From an uncultured bacterium (GTDB lineage Bacteria; Omnitrophota; Omnitrophia; Omnitrophales; Abzuiibacteriaceae), in contig CAYLXA010000005.1 of NCBI GenBank assembly GCA_964387845.1, positions 96,001-160,000 of the forward strand: a DNA stretch of 64,000 nucleotides. Reading direction: 5' to 3'. The position numbers and the translations under genes were made by a program. The notes beneath the pieces were generated by a model. The model did no database searches. It was given only the letters and a program-made list of their open reading frames with translations, and was not told the DNA's origin. Shown piece after piece: positions 1 to 10,070 of the stretch. Positions within the stretch are counted from its first letter, which is position 1; every line of letters begins with the position of its first letter.

Positions 1-749
1 TTGTTTCGAAAAATGAAGTCATCAGCATCATGGTCTTGGAAGAAGACCATCTACGGATTCAATCTTTCCAATCAGGGTTCAATTTAATGGAAGCCTGGCG
101 CGTGATCGATAAAATCGATTCCGAGCTTGAAGCCCAGCTTGGTTTCGCGTTTGATGCTTCGCTCGGTTATTTGACGGCATGCCCGACAAACGTTGGAACG
201 GGCCTCCGAGCCTCTTGTATGCTGCATCTGCCGTGCCTGGTGACGACAAAACAAATCACGAAAGTCCTGCAGGCAGTCGCAAAATTGGGAATGGCCGTGC
301 GCGGGCTTTACGGGGAAGGCACCCAGGCGGTCGGAAACTTTTTTCAATTTTCAAATCAAATCACGCTCGGGCAAAACGAGGAAGATATCATCGATAATTT
401 GGAGCGCGTGATCAAACAAGTTATCGGGCATGAAAAGGAATCGCGAGAATATTTGGTTTCGAAAAAGCGCGACAAATTGGAAGACCAAATTTGGCGCTCG
501 CTCGGCACCTTGAAATCCGCACGGCTTCTTTCAAGCAATGAAGCGATCTCGCTTTTGTCGCTTTTACGGCTTGGCCTTGATATTAAGTTTCTCGCAGGGC
601 TTACGGAAGCCGAGCTAAATTCGCTTTTCCTGATTACACAGCCGGCGCATTTGCAGAAAATGTTTGGGTCGGAGCTGAGTAGTGCCGAAAGAGATTATAA
701 GCGGGCCGAGCTGTTCCGGAACAGATTAAAAGACGTCCGCTTGATCTAG
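1..749 (+). CDS. mcsB: Protein arginine kinase McsB, C-terminal part (5' end lies outside the window)
   Basis: The frame stays open to the window start. The ATP:guanido phosphotransferase active-site region 'CPTNVGTGLRASCMLHLP' is present and the gene sits directly upstream of clpC, as in the ctsR-mcsA-mcsB-clpC operon. Confidence 0.85.
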   Translation, partial: VSKNEVISIMVLEEDHLRIQSFQSGFNLMEAWRVIDKIDSELEAQLGFAFDASLGYLTACPTNVGTGLRASCMLHLPCLVTTKQITKVLQAVAKLGMAVRGLYGEGTQAVGNFFQFSNQITLGQNEEDIIDNLERVIKQVIGHEKESREYLVSKKRDKLEDQIWRSLGTLKSARLLSSNEAISLLSLLRLGLDIKFLAGLTEAELNSLFLITQPAHLQKMFGSELSSAERDYKRAELFRNRLKDVRLI

Positions 750-760
750 TTGGTATAATA
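741..760 (+). promoter_or_regulatory. Putative extended -10 promoter (TGgTATAAT) in front of clpC
   Basis: 'ttggtataatat' lies ~45 nt upstream of the clpC ATG, and an 'aaggag' RBS precedes the start codon. Confidence 0.35.
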
Positions 761-806
761 TATACACGGTTTAATTGTTTTTATCCTAAGTTGCTTAAAA
801 TAAGGA

Positions 807-3305
807 GTGCACATGTTTGATCGGTTTACAGAAAGAGCGCGTAAAGTCATTATCTTGGCAAAGGAAGAGGCCAAGCGTTTTAATCACGACTACATCGGCA
901 CCGAACACATCCTGCTTGGCCTTATTAAAGAAGGTGAGAGCGTCGCTGCGGCCGTGCTGCAAAATCTCGGCCTTTCATTAGATACCATCCGCCTTGAAGT
1001 CGAAAAACTGGTGCAATTCGGGCCCAGCACGATCGTTTCCGGCGATATCCCATTTACACCCAAAGCCAAAAAAGTAATTGAGCTGGCGATGGATGAAGCC
1101 CGCCGCTTGGGACACAATTATATCGGTACGGAGCACTTACTGCTTGGCCTCATCAAGGAAGGCGAGGGTGTTGCGAGCCACGTATTAATGAATATCGGGC
1201 TCGACCTCAATAAAGTCCGTTCAGAAGTGATCAAATTACTCGGGTCATCCGCGCCTTCACAAGGCGCGGGAGGCGGTGCGCCGCCGGCAGGCGGACAAGG
1301 CGGAGGTTCCGGCTCCGGTGCAAAATCAGCAAAAACCAAAACACCTGCACTCGATGCTTTCGGCCGCGATTTATCGCAGCTTGCGCGCGATGGCAAGTTA
1401 GATCCGGTCGTCAATCGTGTGGATGAGATTGAGCGCGTGATCCAAATTTTGGCACGCCGTACGAAAAATAATCCTGTTCTGCTCGGTGAAGCCGGCGTCG
1501 GCAAAACCGCCATTGTGGAAGGCCTCGCGCAGCGAATCATTTCCAGCGATGTGCCCGAAGTTCTAATCGATAAACGGATCGTGGTGCTTGATCTTGCTTT
1601 GATGGTGGCCGGTACCAAATACCGCGGACAATTTGAAGAGCGTATCAAGGCGGTCATGGATGAAATCCGCCGCTCTGAGAATGTCATTATCTTTATTGAT
1701 GAGCTGCACACGCTTGTCGGTGCAGGCGGCGCGGAAGGCGCTATCGATGCGTCGAACATTCTGAAGCCTGCGCTTTCACGCGGTGAAATTCAGTGTATTG
1801 GCGCCACAACGCTCGATGAATACCGCAAATATATCGAAAAGGATGCAGCTCTCGCACGCCGTTTCCAAACAATCAACGTGGATCCGCCGACGGTCGAGGA
1901 AACCATCGCGATTTTGAAGGGGTTGCGCGATAAATATGAAGCGCACCACCGCGTGAAAATTACGGATGAAGCCATCGAATTTGCCGCAAAGCTGTCGGAT
2001 CGCTACATCACCGGCCGTTTTCTGCCGGATAAAGCCATTGATTTGATCGATGAGGCCGGCTCGCGCGCGCGGCTGTCGGTAACGACCTTGCCGAAAGACC
2101 TGAAGAAACTGGAAGCCGATATTGAACAGTTTAAAAACGAAAAAGAAGCCTCGATCAAGGGACAGGATTTCGAGCGTGCCGCGAAATTGCGTGACAAAGA
2201 ACGCCAGGCGCGCGAAGAATTAAACCGGATCAAGCGCAGCTGGAAAGAATCAAAATCAGAAGTCGAAATTCAAGTCACCGGCGAAGACATCGCCGTGATC
2301 GTATCCAAGTGGACCGGCGTTCCGCTTCAGCGTCTTGAAGAAAAAGAAACCACGCGGCTCCTGCGCACGGAAGATGAATTGCACAAGCGTGTGATCGGCC
2401 AGGAAGAGGCGATTAAGGCAACGGCAAACGCAATTCGCCGTTCCCGGAGCGGCCTCCGGAATCCGCGCCGCCCGATTGCGAATTTTATTTTCTTAGGGCC
2501 GACTGGTGTCGGTAAAACGCTTTTGGCGCGCGCGCTCGCAGAATTTATGTTCGGCGACCAGGAAGCGGTCATTCAAATTGATATGTCTGAGTACGGTGAA
2601 AAATTCAACGTATCTCGGCTTGTCGGAGCGCCTCCCGGATATGTGGGCTACGAAGAAGGCGGGCAGCTGACGGAGAAAATCCGCCGCCGTCCGTATTCTG
2701 TTGTGCTGTTGGATGAAATCGAGAAAGCGCATCCGGATGTGTTCAATATTCTATTGCAAGTCATGGAAGACGGCCGCCTAACCGATTCTTACGGGCGCCG
2801 GGTTGACTTCAGAAATACTATTATCATCATGACCTCGAACGTCGGCGCAGACCTTATCAAGCGCCAGGGCGACATCGGATTTCGTCCGCAGAATGAAGCG
2901 GAGACGCATGATGCGATGAAAATGAAGCTCTTGGATGAAGCCAAAAAAGTGTTCCGTCCGGAATTCCTGAACCGTGTGGACGACATCATTGTTTTCCATC
3001 AATTGACGCGTTCCGATCTCGAAAAAGTTATCGAAATCGAACTCAAAGAAGTAAAAGACCGTTTGAAAGAACAGCGGATGGAGCTTGTCTTATCGCCCGA
3101 AGTCGTGAAGTTTTTGATTGATAAAGGCTATGACCCGACTTACGGGGCACGTCCTTTAAAGCGGACGATTCAGCGCTATATCGAAAACGTGCTTGCCGAA
3201 GATATTTTGACCGGCAAGTTTCACGAAGGGGATACTGTGAAAGCCGAAGTCCGCGGCGAGTTTATCGTTTTCGAGAAAGTGTCGTCGCCGACATCCGTTA
3301 GTTAA
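807..3305 (+). CDS. clpC: ATP-dependent Clp protease ATP-binding subunit ClpC
   Basis: Duplicated Clp-N repeats are present, with Walker A motifs 'GEAGVGKT' and 'GPTGVGKT'. A UVR-like linker and the standard ClpC architecture follow in an 832 aa protein. Confidence 0.95.
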   Translation: MHMFDRFTERARKVIILAKEEAKRFNHDYIGTEHILLGLIKEGESVAAAVLQNLGLSLDTIRLEVEKLVQFGPSTIVSGDIPFTPKAKKVIELAMDEARRLGHNYIGTEHLLLGLIKEGEGVASHVLMNIGLDLNKVRSEVIKLLGSSAPSQGAGGGAPPAGGQGGGSGSGAKSAKTKTPALDAFGRDLSQLARDGKLDPVVNRVDEIERVIQILARRTKNNPVLLGEAGVGKTAIVEGLAQRIISSDVPEVLIDKRIVVLDLALMVAGTKYRGQFEERIKAVMDEIRRSENVIIFIDELHTLVGAGGAEGAIDASNILKPALSRGEIQCIGATTLDEYRKYIEKDAALARRFQTINVDPPTVEETIAILKGLRDKYEAHHRVKITDEAIEFAAKLSDRYITGRFLPDKAIDLIDEAGSRARLSVTTLPKDLKKLEADIEQFKNEKEASIKGQDFERAAKLRDKERQAREELNRIKRSWKESKSEVEIQVTGEDIAVIVSKWTGVPLQRLEEKETTRLLRTEDELHKRVIGQEEAIKATANAIRRSRSGLRNPRRPIANFIFLGPTGVGKTLLARALAEFMFGDQEAVIQIDMSEYGEKFNVSRLVGAPPGYVGYEEGGQLTEKIRRRPYSVVLLDEIEKAHPDVFNILLQVMEDGRLTDSYGRRVDFRNTIIIMTSNVGADLIKRQGDIGFRPQNEAETHDAMKMKLLDEAKKVFRPEFLNRVDDIIVFHQLTRSDLEKVIEIELKEVKDRLKEQRMELVLSPEVVKFLIDKGYDPTYGARPLKRTIQRYIENVLAEDILTGKFHEGDTVKAEVRGEFIVFEKVSSPTSVS

Positions 3306-3353
3306 TCCGGAACCCGTTCTGTATTTTTGAGAATCGCACCAGGCCAGGCTGTT

Positions 3354-5288
3354 ATGCGAAAATGGACTTTCATTGCAATTATTTCCGGCATTTTACTGGC
3401 TTCGGCTTTTTTGTATGCATATGGCGCTCTCAGTAAGCAGGTCACTTCCGCCGAATTTAAATCTTTTACCGAAGAAAAGGTGGGCGAATTCCTGCGCTCG
3501 AGAGTAAAAATCGGCAAAATTCAGTTCCGCTTTCTCAAAAAAATCTCACTCTCAGGGCTTGAAATCAAACAGACCGGTTCGCGAGAACCTATCCTGGTCG
3601 GTGTTAAAAATATCGTGATCCGCTACAATCTGTGGAATTTTATAAGCCGCCAGCTGAAAGCGCCCGTTTCGATTTTGCTCGAATCCCCGAAATTTCAATT
3701 AAAATCCAGTCAGCCGTTTTGGACATCTCTGATGCCGTCTATGGTAAAGCCCGAAAGCGGCCTGTTTCGCCGCGTAGAATTGGATGGGGGAGAGGTTGAA
3801 ATACCGATTCCGCTCGCCGATCAAAAGTTGAGACTCACCGATATTAAGGGAAAAACATCGTGGGCAGGCGACCGGCTTTCAGTTGATTTTATTGCCGAAG
3901 CGGACGGTTTCTTGGAAGGTAGTTTTGATGCCGAGGGCTCTCTTCAATCAGGTTTTGAATCCGGCGATCTAAAGGTACGGCTCCGGAATATCCGGTGGAG
4001 TGAGTCGACCGGGATTCCGATCAAGAATTTAAATGGCGAGATCGAGTTAAAAGGCTCGACTCTTGTTATCCGCCAAGTCAGCTTTGATTTTAAGGGAATC
4101 CCGTGCAGTTTGAGCGGCACGGTTGAGAATATTTTTTCTGCTTCTCCGGTTTACCGCCTTTCTTGGCAATTGATCGATAACGGTAAAGAATTTGTTTTTG
4201 AAACTGTGTTGGATTTGCGCGATCAATCAGTATCGGGAAATTTCTCCGCTTTTCAGAAGCAGCATTCTTTTAAAGGAAAATTGGTATATAACGAAAATGC
4301 GATTTTGCTCAGCGACTTGGTTTTTAAAAGCGGTTATAAGGCAAACGGAGAGCTTAACTTCAAAGAAAGCCGTTTTCGCCTTTCTGCGGAACGCGATGAG
4401 CAGCGGTATTCGGTTGATATGAGCTTCAAAGATTTTAGGATTAACTTGGATTTAAACGTAACACATTTAAAAATTGCAGGACATGATATTGCAACGCTTG
4501 CAAAATTAAAATTACAGCCGGTTGAAGAAGCCTGGTCGGGCGGCAAGCATCATTTTGACGGAACGGTAGAAACCGCATACTTGATTTTTAACTATCATCC
4601 GCTGCTTGATTTTAATGCCTCATTTCGGCTGTCGTCTTCCGGTCTGGAATCGCTTGCCGCACGCTGGGCCGGAATTTGCCAATTGACGGGTTCGGTTTCA
4701 TTTGCGCAGCCCGCGATTTCGGATCTCGTCCTTCAAATTAGCCGGGTGGATTTAAGCCATTTCAGGCGATTGGGCGTTCATGAATTTCCGGCATCGCTTG
4801 CAGGCGACTTAGAAGGGAAAATCAAAATATCGGGTTTGCTTGGGGCGCCTATGATGGATGGACAAATGCGGGTTCAAAACGGAAAGGTTGCCGAATTTGA
4901 TTATGAACTGGCAACGATCCAATTAAGCGGGCAATATCCCCGTTTAAACTTGACGGATTCCAAAATTACCAAAAAAGGCAAGACCTATTTAATTAAAGGC
5001 GATGTTGATTTTAAGTTGGACAATATCGTTCAAAATGTGAAAATAATGTCTTCCGACCAGATGATTATATGGAAGGGCTGGAATTTGAAGCGGGAAGTGG
5101 ATAATCAGGATGCGCTCGGATCGCCCGGAAGCGGCGCTGCTAAGGCAACGAAGCCGTTTCAACAGGCTAGTCATTCCGAGTTGCAGCTGGAATATTCAAT
5201 TAAAGACGGAAAAAGTTTAACACTGGTTGCCGAAGATGACGAAGACGGCAAACGTTTTGTCGGCGTCGGGCCGAAGTTAAAATTTTAA
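3354..5288 (+). CDS. Membrane-anchored hypothetical protein, beta-rich and possibly AsmA/TamB-like, sitting upstream of mlaEFD
   Basis: A long ORF with an N-terminal TM helix 'FIAIISGILLASAFLYAY'. No recognised catalytic motif. The ATG at 3354 is preferred over the TTG at 3327. Confidence 0.7.
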   Translation: MRKWTFIAIISGILLASAFLYAYGALSKQVTSAEFKSFTEEKVGEFLRSRVKIGKIQFRFLKKISLSGLEIKQTGSREPILVGVKNIVIRYNLWNFISRQLKAPVSILLESPKFQLKSSQPFWTSLMPSMVKPESGLFRRVELDGGEVEIPIPLADQKLRLTDIKGKTSWAGDRLSVDFIAEADGFLEGSFDAEGSLQSGFESGDLKVRLRNIRWSESTGIPIKNLNGEIELKGSTLVIRQVSFDFKGIPCSLSGTVENIFSASPVYRLSWQLIDNGKEFVFETVLDLRDQSVSGNFSAFQKQHSFKGKLVYNENAILLSDLVFKSGYKANGELNFKESRFRLSAERDEQRYSVDMSFKDFRINLDLNVTHLKIAGHDIATLAKLKLQPVEEAWSGGKHHFDGTVETAYLIFNYHPLLDFNASFRLSSSGLESLAARWAGICQLTGSVSFAQPAISDLVLQISRVDLSHFRRLGVHEFPASLAGDLEGKIKISGLLGAPMMDGQMRVQNGKVAEFDYELATIQLSGQYPRLNLTDSKITKKGKTYLIKGDVDFKLDNIVQNVKIMSSDQMIIWKGWNLKREVDNQDALGSPGSGAAKATKPFQQASHSELQLEYSIKDGKSLTLVAEDDEDGKRFVGVGPKLKF

Positions 5289-5293
5289 AGATT

Positions 5294-6136
5294 ATGGAAA
5301 ACGAAAAAGCAAAAGGCGCCATTTCAACGTTCTCGGCACTCCGAAAATGGGTAAGCGTCAAGAATTGGCTTGAGACAATCGGAGAGACGTGTATTCAATT
5401 TCTGACAGAGTCCGGCGCAATCGCTACCCTTTATTGGCGGGCGAACGTAGCGCTTTTTTCGAAATCGCTCAGAATCCGGGAAGTGTTTAATCAGATGTTC
5501 AAAATCGGCGTCGCCTCGCTGCCCCTTGTTTCGCTCACATCGCTTTTCACGGGCATGGTGCTCGCGCTTCAATCGGCCTATCAGCTGCAAAATTTCGGCG
5601 CGACTCAATTCACTGCCGATCTCGTTTCGCTTTCCACCGTTCGAGAACTGGGGCCGGTTCTCACGGCGCTCGTCGTTTCGGGCCGCGTCGGCGCATCCAT
5701 CGCGGCTGAGATCGGTACCATGAAAGTAACAGAGCAAGTCGACGCCTTACAGTCTCTCGCTGCGGATCCGATTGATTATTTGGTGGTGCCGCGCTACCTC
5801 GCTGCGGTTTTAATGCTCGTGGTTTTGACAATTTATGCGGACGTGGTCGGTGTTTTGGGGGGTTATGCGATTGCAATTTTTAAGCTCAAAATCAGCTCCT
5901 ATCAATATTTGCATCGAGCCATTGATATTTTGCAATTGAAAGACGTGTTTTCGGGGCTTGCGAAAGCATTTTTCTTCGGAATGATTATCTCAACCGTCGG
6001 ATGTTATTACGGATTTGTCGCCAAAGGCGGCGCGGAAGGTGTTGGCCAGGCAACCACAAAAGCGGTTGTGACGGCGCTTATTTCCGTTATCGCATTCGAC
6101 TGTTTTTTCACCGCATTGGTTCAATTCGCGTTTTAA
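5294..6136 (+). CDS. mlaE: Mla-type ABC transporter permease MlaE
   Basis: 'ELGPVLTALVVSGRVGASIAAEIGTMKVTEQVDAL' is the MlaE/YrbE signature. Confidence 0.9.
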   Translation: MENEKAKGAISTFSALRKWVSVKNWLETIGETCIQFLTESGAIATLYWRANVALFSKSLRIREVFNQMFKIGVASLPLVSLTSLFTGMVLALQSAYQLQNFGATQFTADLVSLSTVRELGPVLTALVVSGRVGASIAAEIGTMKVTEQVDALQSLAADPIDYLVVPRYLAAVLMLVVLTIYADVVGVLGGYAIAIFKLKISSYQYLHRAIDILQLKDVFSGLAKAFFFGMIISTVGCYYGFVAKGGAEGVGQATTKAVVTALISVIAFDCFFTALVQFAF

Positions 6137-6203
6137 GGGAGCAGAAATGAAATTTCTGCGACACTTATCCCGAGAGTAATCGAGGGATTACCTTAAGGAG
6201 TTT

Positions 6204-7019
6204 ATGGCACTCATTGAAATTTCGGATTTACATAAGTCTTTCGGCGGAAAGCAAGTGTTGAAAGGCGTGAATTTAAAAGTAAATTCCGGAGAAACGCTGG
6301 TCATTATCGGAACTTCGGGATGCGGCAAGAGTGTTTTATTGAAACACATCATGCGCCTTTTGGCGCCGGATCAGGGAAAAGTGCTCATTGAAGGGGTCGA
6401 TATTTTTTCGATCGGGCCGCAGCAGCTTAATCAGGTGCGGATGCAAATCGGCATGCTGTTCCAGAATTCGGCCCTGTTTGATTCGATGACGGTCGGCGAA
6501 AATGTCGGTTTCTCTTTGATTGAACACTACAAACTACCCAAGCACGAAATCGAAAAGCGCGTCAAAGAAAAGCTGCGCTTAGTCGGTTTGAGTGATATCG
6601 AAGACCTTTCGCCTTCGGACCTTTCGGGCGGCATGCGGAAACGGGTTGCCTTGGCGCGTGCGATTTGCACGGATCCGAAGATCGTGCTTTATGACGAACC
6701 GACGACCGGTTTGGACCCGATCATGTCGGATGCAATCAACGACTTGATTATCCGGCTTCAGAAGAAATTAGGAATTACGTCGATTGTGGTAACCCATGAT
6801 ATGAAAAGCGCTTATAAGGTAGGCGATCGGATGGCGATGTTGTATAATGGCGCCATCGTTGCCGAGGGAACACCGGATGAAATTAAAAATTCCGACAATC
6901 CGCTTGTGAAACAATTTATCACAGGCTCTTTTAAGGGCCCAATTGTGGTGGAGCCGACACATTATTTGGCACAGGCAGAGAACGGCAACGGGGATCAGGG
7001 AGACAGGCGACATGCTTAA
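6204..7019 (+). CDS. mlaF: Mla-type ABC transporter ATP-binding protein MlaF
   Basis: Walker A 'GTSGCGKS', the ABC signature 'LSGGMRKRVALAR', and Walker B 'LYDEPTTGLD'. Confidence 0.9.
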   Translation: MALIEISDLHKSFGGKQVLKGVNLKVNSGETLVIIGTSGCGKSVLLKHIMRLLAPDQGKVLIEGVDIFSIGPQQLNQVRMQIGMLFQNSALFDSMTVGENVGFSLIEHYKLPKHEIEKRVKEKLRLVGLSDIEDLSPSDLSGGMRKRVALARAICTDPKIVLYDEPTTGLDPIMSDAINDLIIRLQKKLGITSIVVTHDMKSAYKVGDRMAMLYNGAIVAEGTPDEIKNSDNPLVKQFITGSFKGPIVVEPTHYLAQAENGNGDQGDRRHA

Positions 7020-7791
7020 ATTAAAATCAGAACTCGCAGTCGGTATTTTTGTTGTAGTCGGTTTCATTTTGCTGACGGTTGTTGTGTTTGGCGTAAGCGG
7101 TATTTATTTATTCCGGCCGGGCTATCAGCTGAAAGCCGATTTCGATTATGTCAGCATCATCGATCGCGGCGCACCGGTGCGCTATGCGGGCGTCAAAATC
7201 GGCGAAATCAAGAAAGTCGACATTAACGAATCCATCGACGGAAGCGAAAAAGGGTCTGTGCGGCTCACGCTTTTTATTGTGAAGGGCGTTAAAATTTACG
7301 AGAACGACCTATTCAGCGTGCAGGGTACGCACATTATGGCGGAACCGCATGTTGAGGTTGAGCCTGCCAAGTCCGAGCGCGGCCGGCTTCTGAAGCACGG
7401 CGATCAGATTCGAGGCGCATCACCGGTTTCGATGGATGAATTGATTGTGCAGGGTAAGGAAATTGCCGGGAAGATCAATTCGTTTTTGACAACTGTTCAA
7501 AACAGCGTCAAAGATCCGAACAGCAAGGAGGCGCTGAGTAATGCGCTTGTCAATTTAAGTGAACTAACGGCTTCATTAAATACCATTATAAAAGGGCAGG
7601 AGCAGGAAGTTAGGGTAGGTCTTGCGAATCTCAATAAATCCGCAAATCAGCTCAATATATTATTGGAAAAAATGAATAAAGGTGAGGGCATGATGGGGCG
7701 CTTGATAGCCGATGACCAGCTCTACGATGAGCTTTTGGAGCTTGTCCGCGACATCAAGAAACACCCGTGGCGCCTTCTGAAGAAGGGGTAG
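7012..7791 (+). CDS. mlaD: MCE-domain protein MlaD
   Basis: An N-terminal TM helix followed by an MCE domain ('GAPVRYAGVKIGEIKKVD'). Start chosen at 'MLKLKSELAVGIF', overlapping the mlaF stop. Confidence 0.85.
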   Translation: MLKLKSELAVGIFVVVGFILLTVVVFGVSGIYLFRPGYQLKADFDYVSIIDRGAPVRYAGVKIGEIKKVDINESIDGSEKGSVRLTLFIVKGVKIYENDLFSVQGTHIMAEPHVEVEPAKSERGRLLKHGDQIRGASPVSMDELIVQGKEIAGKINSFLTTVQNSVKDPNSKEALSNALVNLSELTASLNTIIKGQEQEVRVGLANLNKSANQLNILLEKMNKGEGMMGRLIADDQLYDELLELVRDIKKHPWRLLKKG

Positions 7792-7872
7792 TTGAATTAT
7801 TATTGATTATTTTTATGATCCATTTCATTCAACCTTATAATTTTATTATTCAGAAAGGCAGGAACAATTCAT

Positions 7873-8889
7873 ATGGTTATCGCGTTAAGGCTTTTTATTC
7901 TCGTCATAGCAGGTTTGCTGGGCCATTACATGGGCAGTCATGCCAAAACAGGTTATCTGGCGGCGTATCCGTGGATGGGCTTGGCGCTCGGAATCGCGTC
8001 GGGGTTTTTGGTGATTTTGATCGATCTTTTTTTCAAGAAAGTCACCGTCCGCAACATTTTGTCGCTTTTGCTCGGAATCGCGCTCGGGCTTTTGATTCAC
8101 AAGCTGTTGATGGAGCTGATCGGCTACGCTGATTTCGACGAAAACTTCAAAAATCAATTTGCCATTATTTCGGCCGTCGTTTTTGCTTACTTAGGCGGCG
8201 TTACCATTCTCCGCGGCCAGGATGAATTTTCCCTGGTCCTTCCGTTTATTCAGCTCGAATCGAAAGACAGCGGCGAAGATATTATTCTGCTTGATACGAG
8301 TGTCATTATCGACGGCCGCATCGCCGATATCTGCGAAACCGCATTTCTAGGCGGCAAGCTCTACGTTCCGCGTTTTGTTTTAAAGGAGCTTCAGCTGATT
8401 GCGGATTCTTCGGATCCTTTGAAGCGTAACCGCGGCCGCCGCGGGCTTGAAATTTTAAATCGCATGAAACAAAATCCGATGGTGCAGATCCGGATTCACG
8501 AAACCGATTTTCCGGAAGTCCCGACGGTAGATGCGAAGCTCGTCAAACTCGGCCAAATGCTAAGCGGCAAAGTGTTTACGAATGATTACAATTTAAACAA
8601 AGTTGCGGAACTGCAAGGCGTGCGCGTACTCAATATCAATGAGCTTGCCAACGCTTTGAAGCCCATCGTGATGCCGGGTGAAGGCATGCAGGTGAAAGTC
8701 CTCAAGGAAGGCAAAGAATCCGATCAGGGTGTTGCTTATTTGGATGACGGCACGATGGTGGTTGTCGATGGCGGCAGAAAACGCATCGGCCAAACGATTC
8801 ACGTGACAATTACGAGCGTTCTCCAAACACAGGCAGGACGCATGATTTTTGCAAAGCCTTCGGATGAAGCGGCGCACAATCACCATTAA
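7873..8889 (+). CDS. yacL: YacL-like membrane protein with PIN and TRAM domains
   Basis: About four N-terminal TM helices, a PIN-like core ('IILLDTSVIIDGRI...'), and a C-terminal TRAM-like beta barrel ('GEGMQVKVLKEG...IGQTIHVTITSV'). It sits immediately upstream of ispDF as in Bacillus. Confidence 0.7.
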   Translation: MVIALRLFILVIAGLLGHYMGSHAKTGYLAAYPWMGLALGIASGFLVILIDLFFKKVTVRNILSLLLGIALGLLIHKLLMELIGYADFDENFKNQFAIISAVVFAYLGGVTILRGQDEFSLVLPFIQLESKDSGEDIILLDTSVIIDGRIADICETAFLGGKLYVPRFVLKELQLIADSSDPLKRNRGRRGLEILNRMKQNPMVQIRIHETDFPEVPTVDAKLVKLGQMLSGKVFTNDYNLNKVAELQGVRVLNINELANALKPIVMPGEGMQVKVLKEGKESDQGVAYLDDGTMVVVDGGRKRIGQTIHVTITSVLQTQAGRMIFAKPSDEAAHNHH

Positions 8890-8891
8890 TT

Positions 8892-10070
8892 TTGATGAAG
8901 ATCAGCGTTCTCATTCCGGCAGCCGGCTCCGGTTCCCGGTTTAAACAAAAGACATCCAAGCTTGAAGCGCTGTTGGGCGGCAAGTCCGTCATCAGCCATT
9001 CGCTTGAGGCTTTCCGCAGCGTGCGCGGTGTCCGGGAAATTGTGATTGCGACACGGCCGAGCTTTAAACCATTTTTGATGGCGCAGGCGAAGCTCTTGAA
9101 GCTCCCGTTTCCGGTCAGAGTCGTCAAAGGCGGAAAAACCAGAGCCGAATCGGTTCACAGAGCGCTTCAAGCCGCATCCAAGCAGTCGGATCATGTTTTG
9201 GTTCACGACGGGGCGCGTCCGCTGGTGAGGCCCGAATGGATTCAAAAGCTCATTCGAAGCATGAACGGTTCTGATGGCGCTGTTTTGGGCCGCGCGGCGG
9301 TTCCCACGATCAAACGGTTTGATCCCAAAAGCGGAGAAATTTTGGAAACGGTGAATCGTGCGACACTTTTTGAAGCCGAAACACCGCAATTTTTTAGAAA
9401 ATCAGCCCTCGAGCAAGCTTATAAAGCCTTGGGTGTTCGGGCCTATCACGCAACCGACGATGCGTCTCTCGTGGAGTTTGCAGGCGGCAGCGTAAAAGCC
9501 TTTTGCCATGAAGGTTCTAATTTAAAAATTACAACAACCGATGATTTGAAACTAGCGCACCACATGATGCCTCAGTCACAAGATTTATTCCGGTTCGGGC
9601 TCGGGTTTGATCGTCACCGCTTGGCGGCGGGGCGCCCGTTTTATTTAGGCGGCATAAGGCTCAAAGCCGATTTTGGCCCTGTCGGTCATTCGGACGGCGA
9701 TCCGCTTCTGCATGCCATTATTGACGGTATGCTGGGCGCGCTTGGCCTGGGTGATATCGGCGACTTTTTTCCGGATTCAAGCGCGCGCTTCAAAAATATC
9801 AAAAGCGTTGTCCTGGCGAAAAAGGCTCTCAAATTGATCCGATCGAAAGGCTTCGACGTTTATCAAATCGACGGAACCGTGATTTTGGACCGTCCCAAAT
9901 TAGGCGCGCATAAGAAAAAAATCTGTATGAATTTATCGAAGATTTTCAATCTTCCGGTCTCGAAAGTAAGCTGCAAGGCCAAAACTTCGGAAGGCGTGGG
10001 CCCCGAGAAAATGAACCAGGCCGTTTCTGCCGAAGCGCTGGTGGTGCTTTGCGCGCGAGGCGAGTCATGA
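8892..10070 (+). CDS. ispDF: Bifunctional IspD/IspF (MEP cytidylyltransferase / MEcPP synthase)
   Basis: The N-terminus 'ISVLIPAAGSGSRF' matches IspD. The C-terminal half 'FRFGLGFDRHRL...GHSDGDPLLHAIIDGMLGA' matches IspF. Confidence 0.9.
   Translation: MMKISVLIPAAGSGSRFKQKTSKLEALLGGKSVISHSLEAFRSVRGVREIVIATRPSFKPFLMAQAKLLKLPFPVRVVKGGKTRAESVHRALQAASKQSDHVLVHDGARPLVRPEWIQKLIRSMNGSDGAVLGRAAVPTIKRFDPKSGEILETVNRATLFEAETPQFFRKSALEQAYKALGVRAYHATDDASLVEFAGGSVKAFCHEGSNLKITTTDDLKLAHHMMPQSQDLFRFGLGFDRHRLAAGRPFYLGGIRLKADFGPVGHSDGDPLLHAIIDGMLGALGLGDIGDFFPDSSARFKNIKSVVLAKKALKLIRSKGFDVYQIDGTVILDRPKLGAHKKKICMNLSKIFNLPVSKVSCKAKTSEGVGPEKMNQAVSAEALVVLCARGES

Noticed and set aside
890-3002. Many antisense or alternative-frame ORFs of 60-240 aa inside clpC, listed in the ORF track
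   Set aside because: They are fully embedded in a high-confidence conserved gene and have no recognisable domains. They are typical shadow ORFs. The same applies to embedded ORFs in gltX, cysS, dnaE, groEL, rpoD and others.
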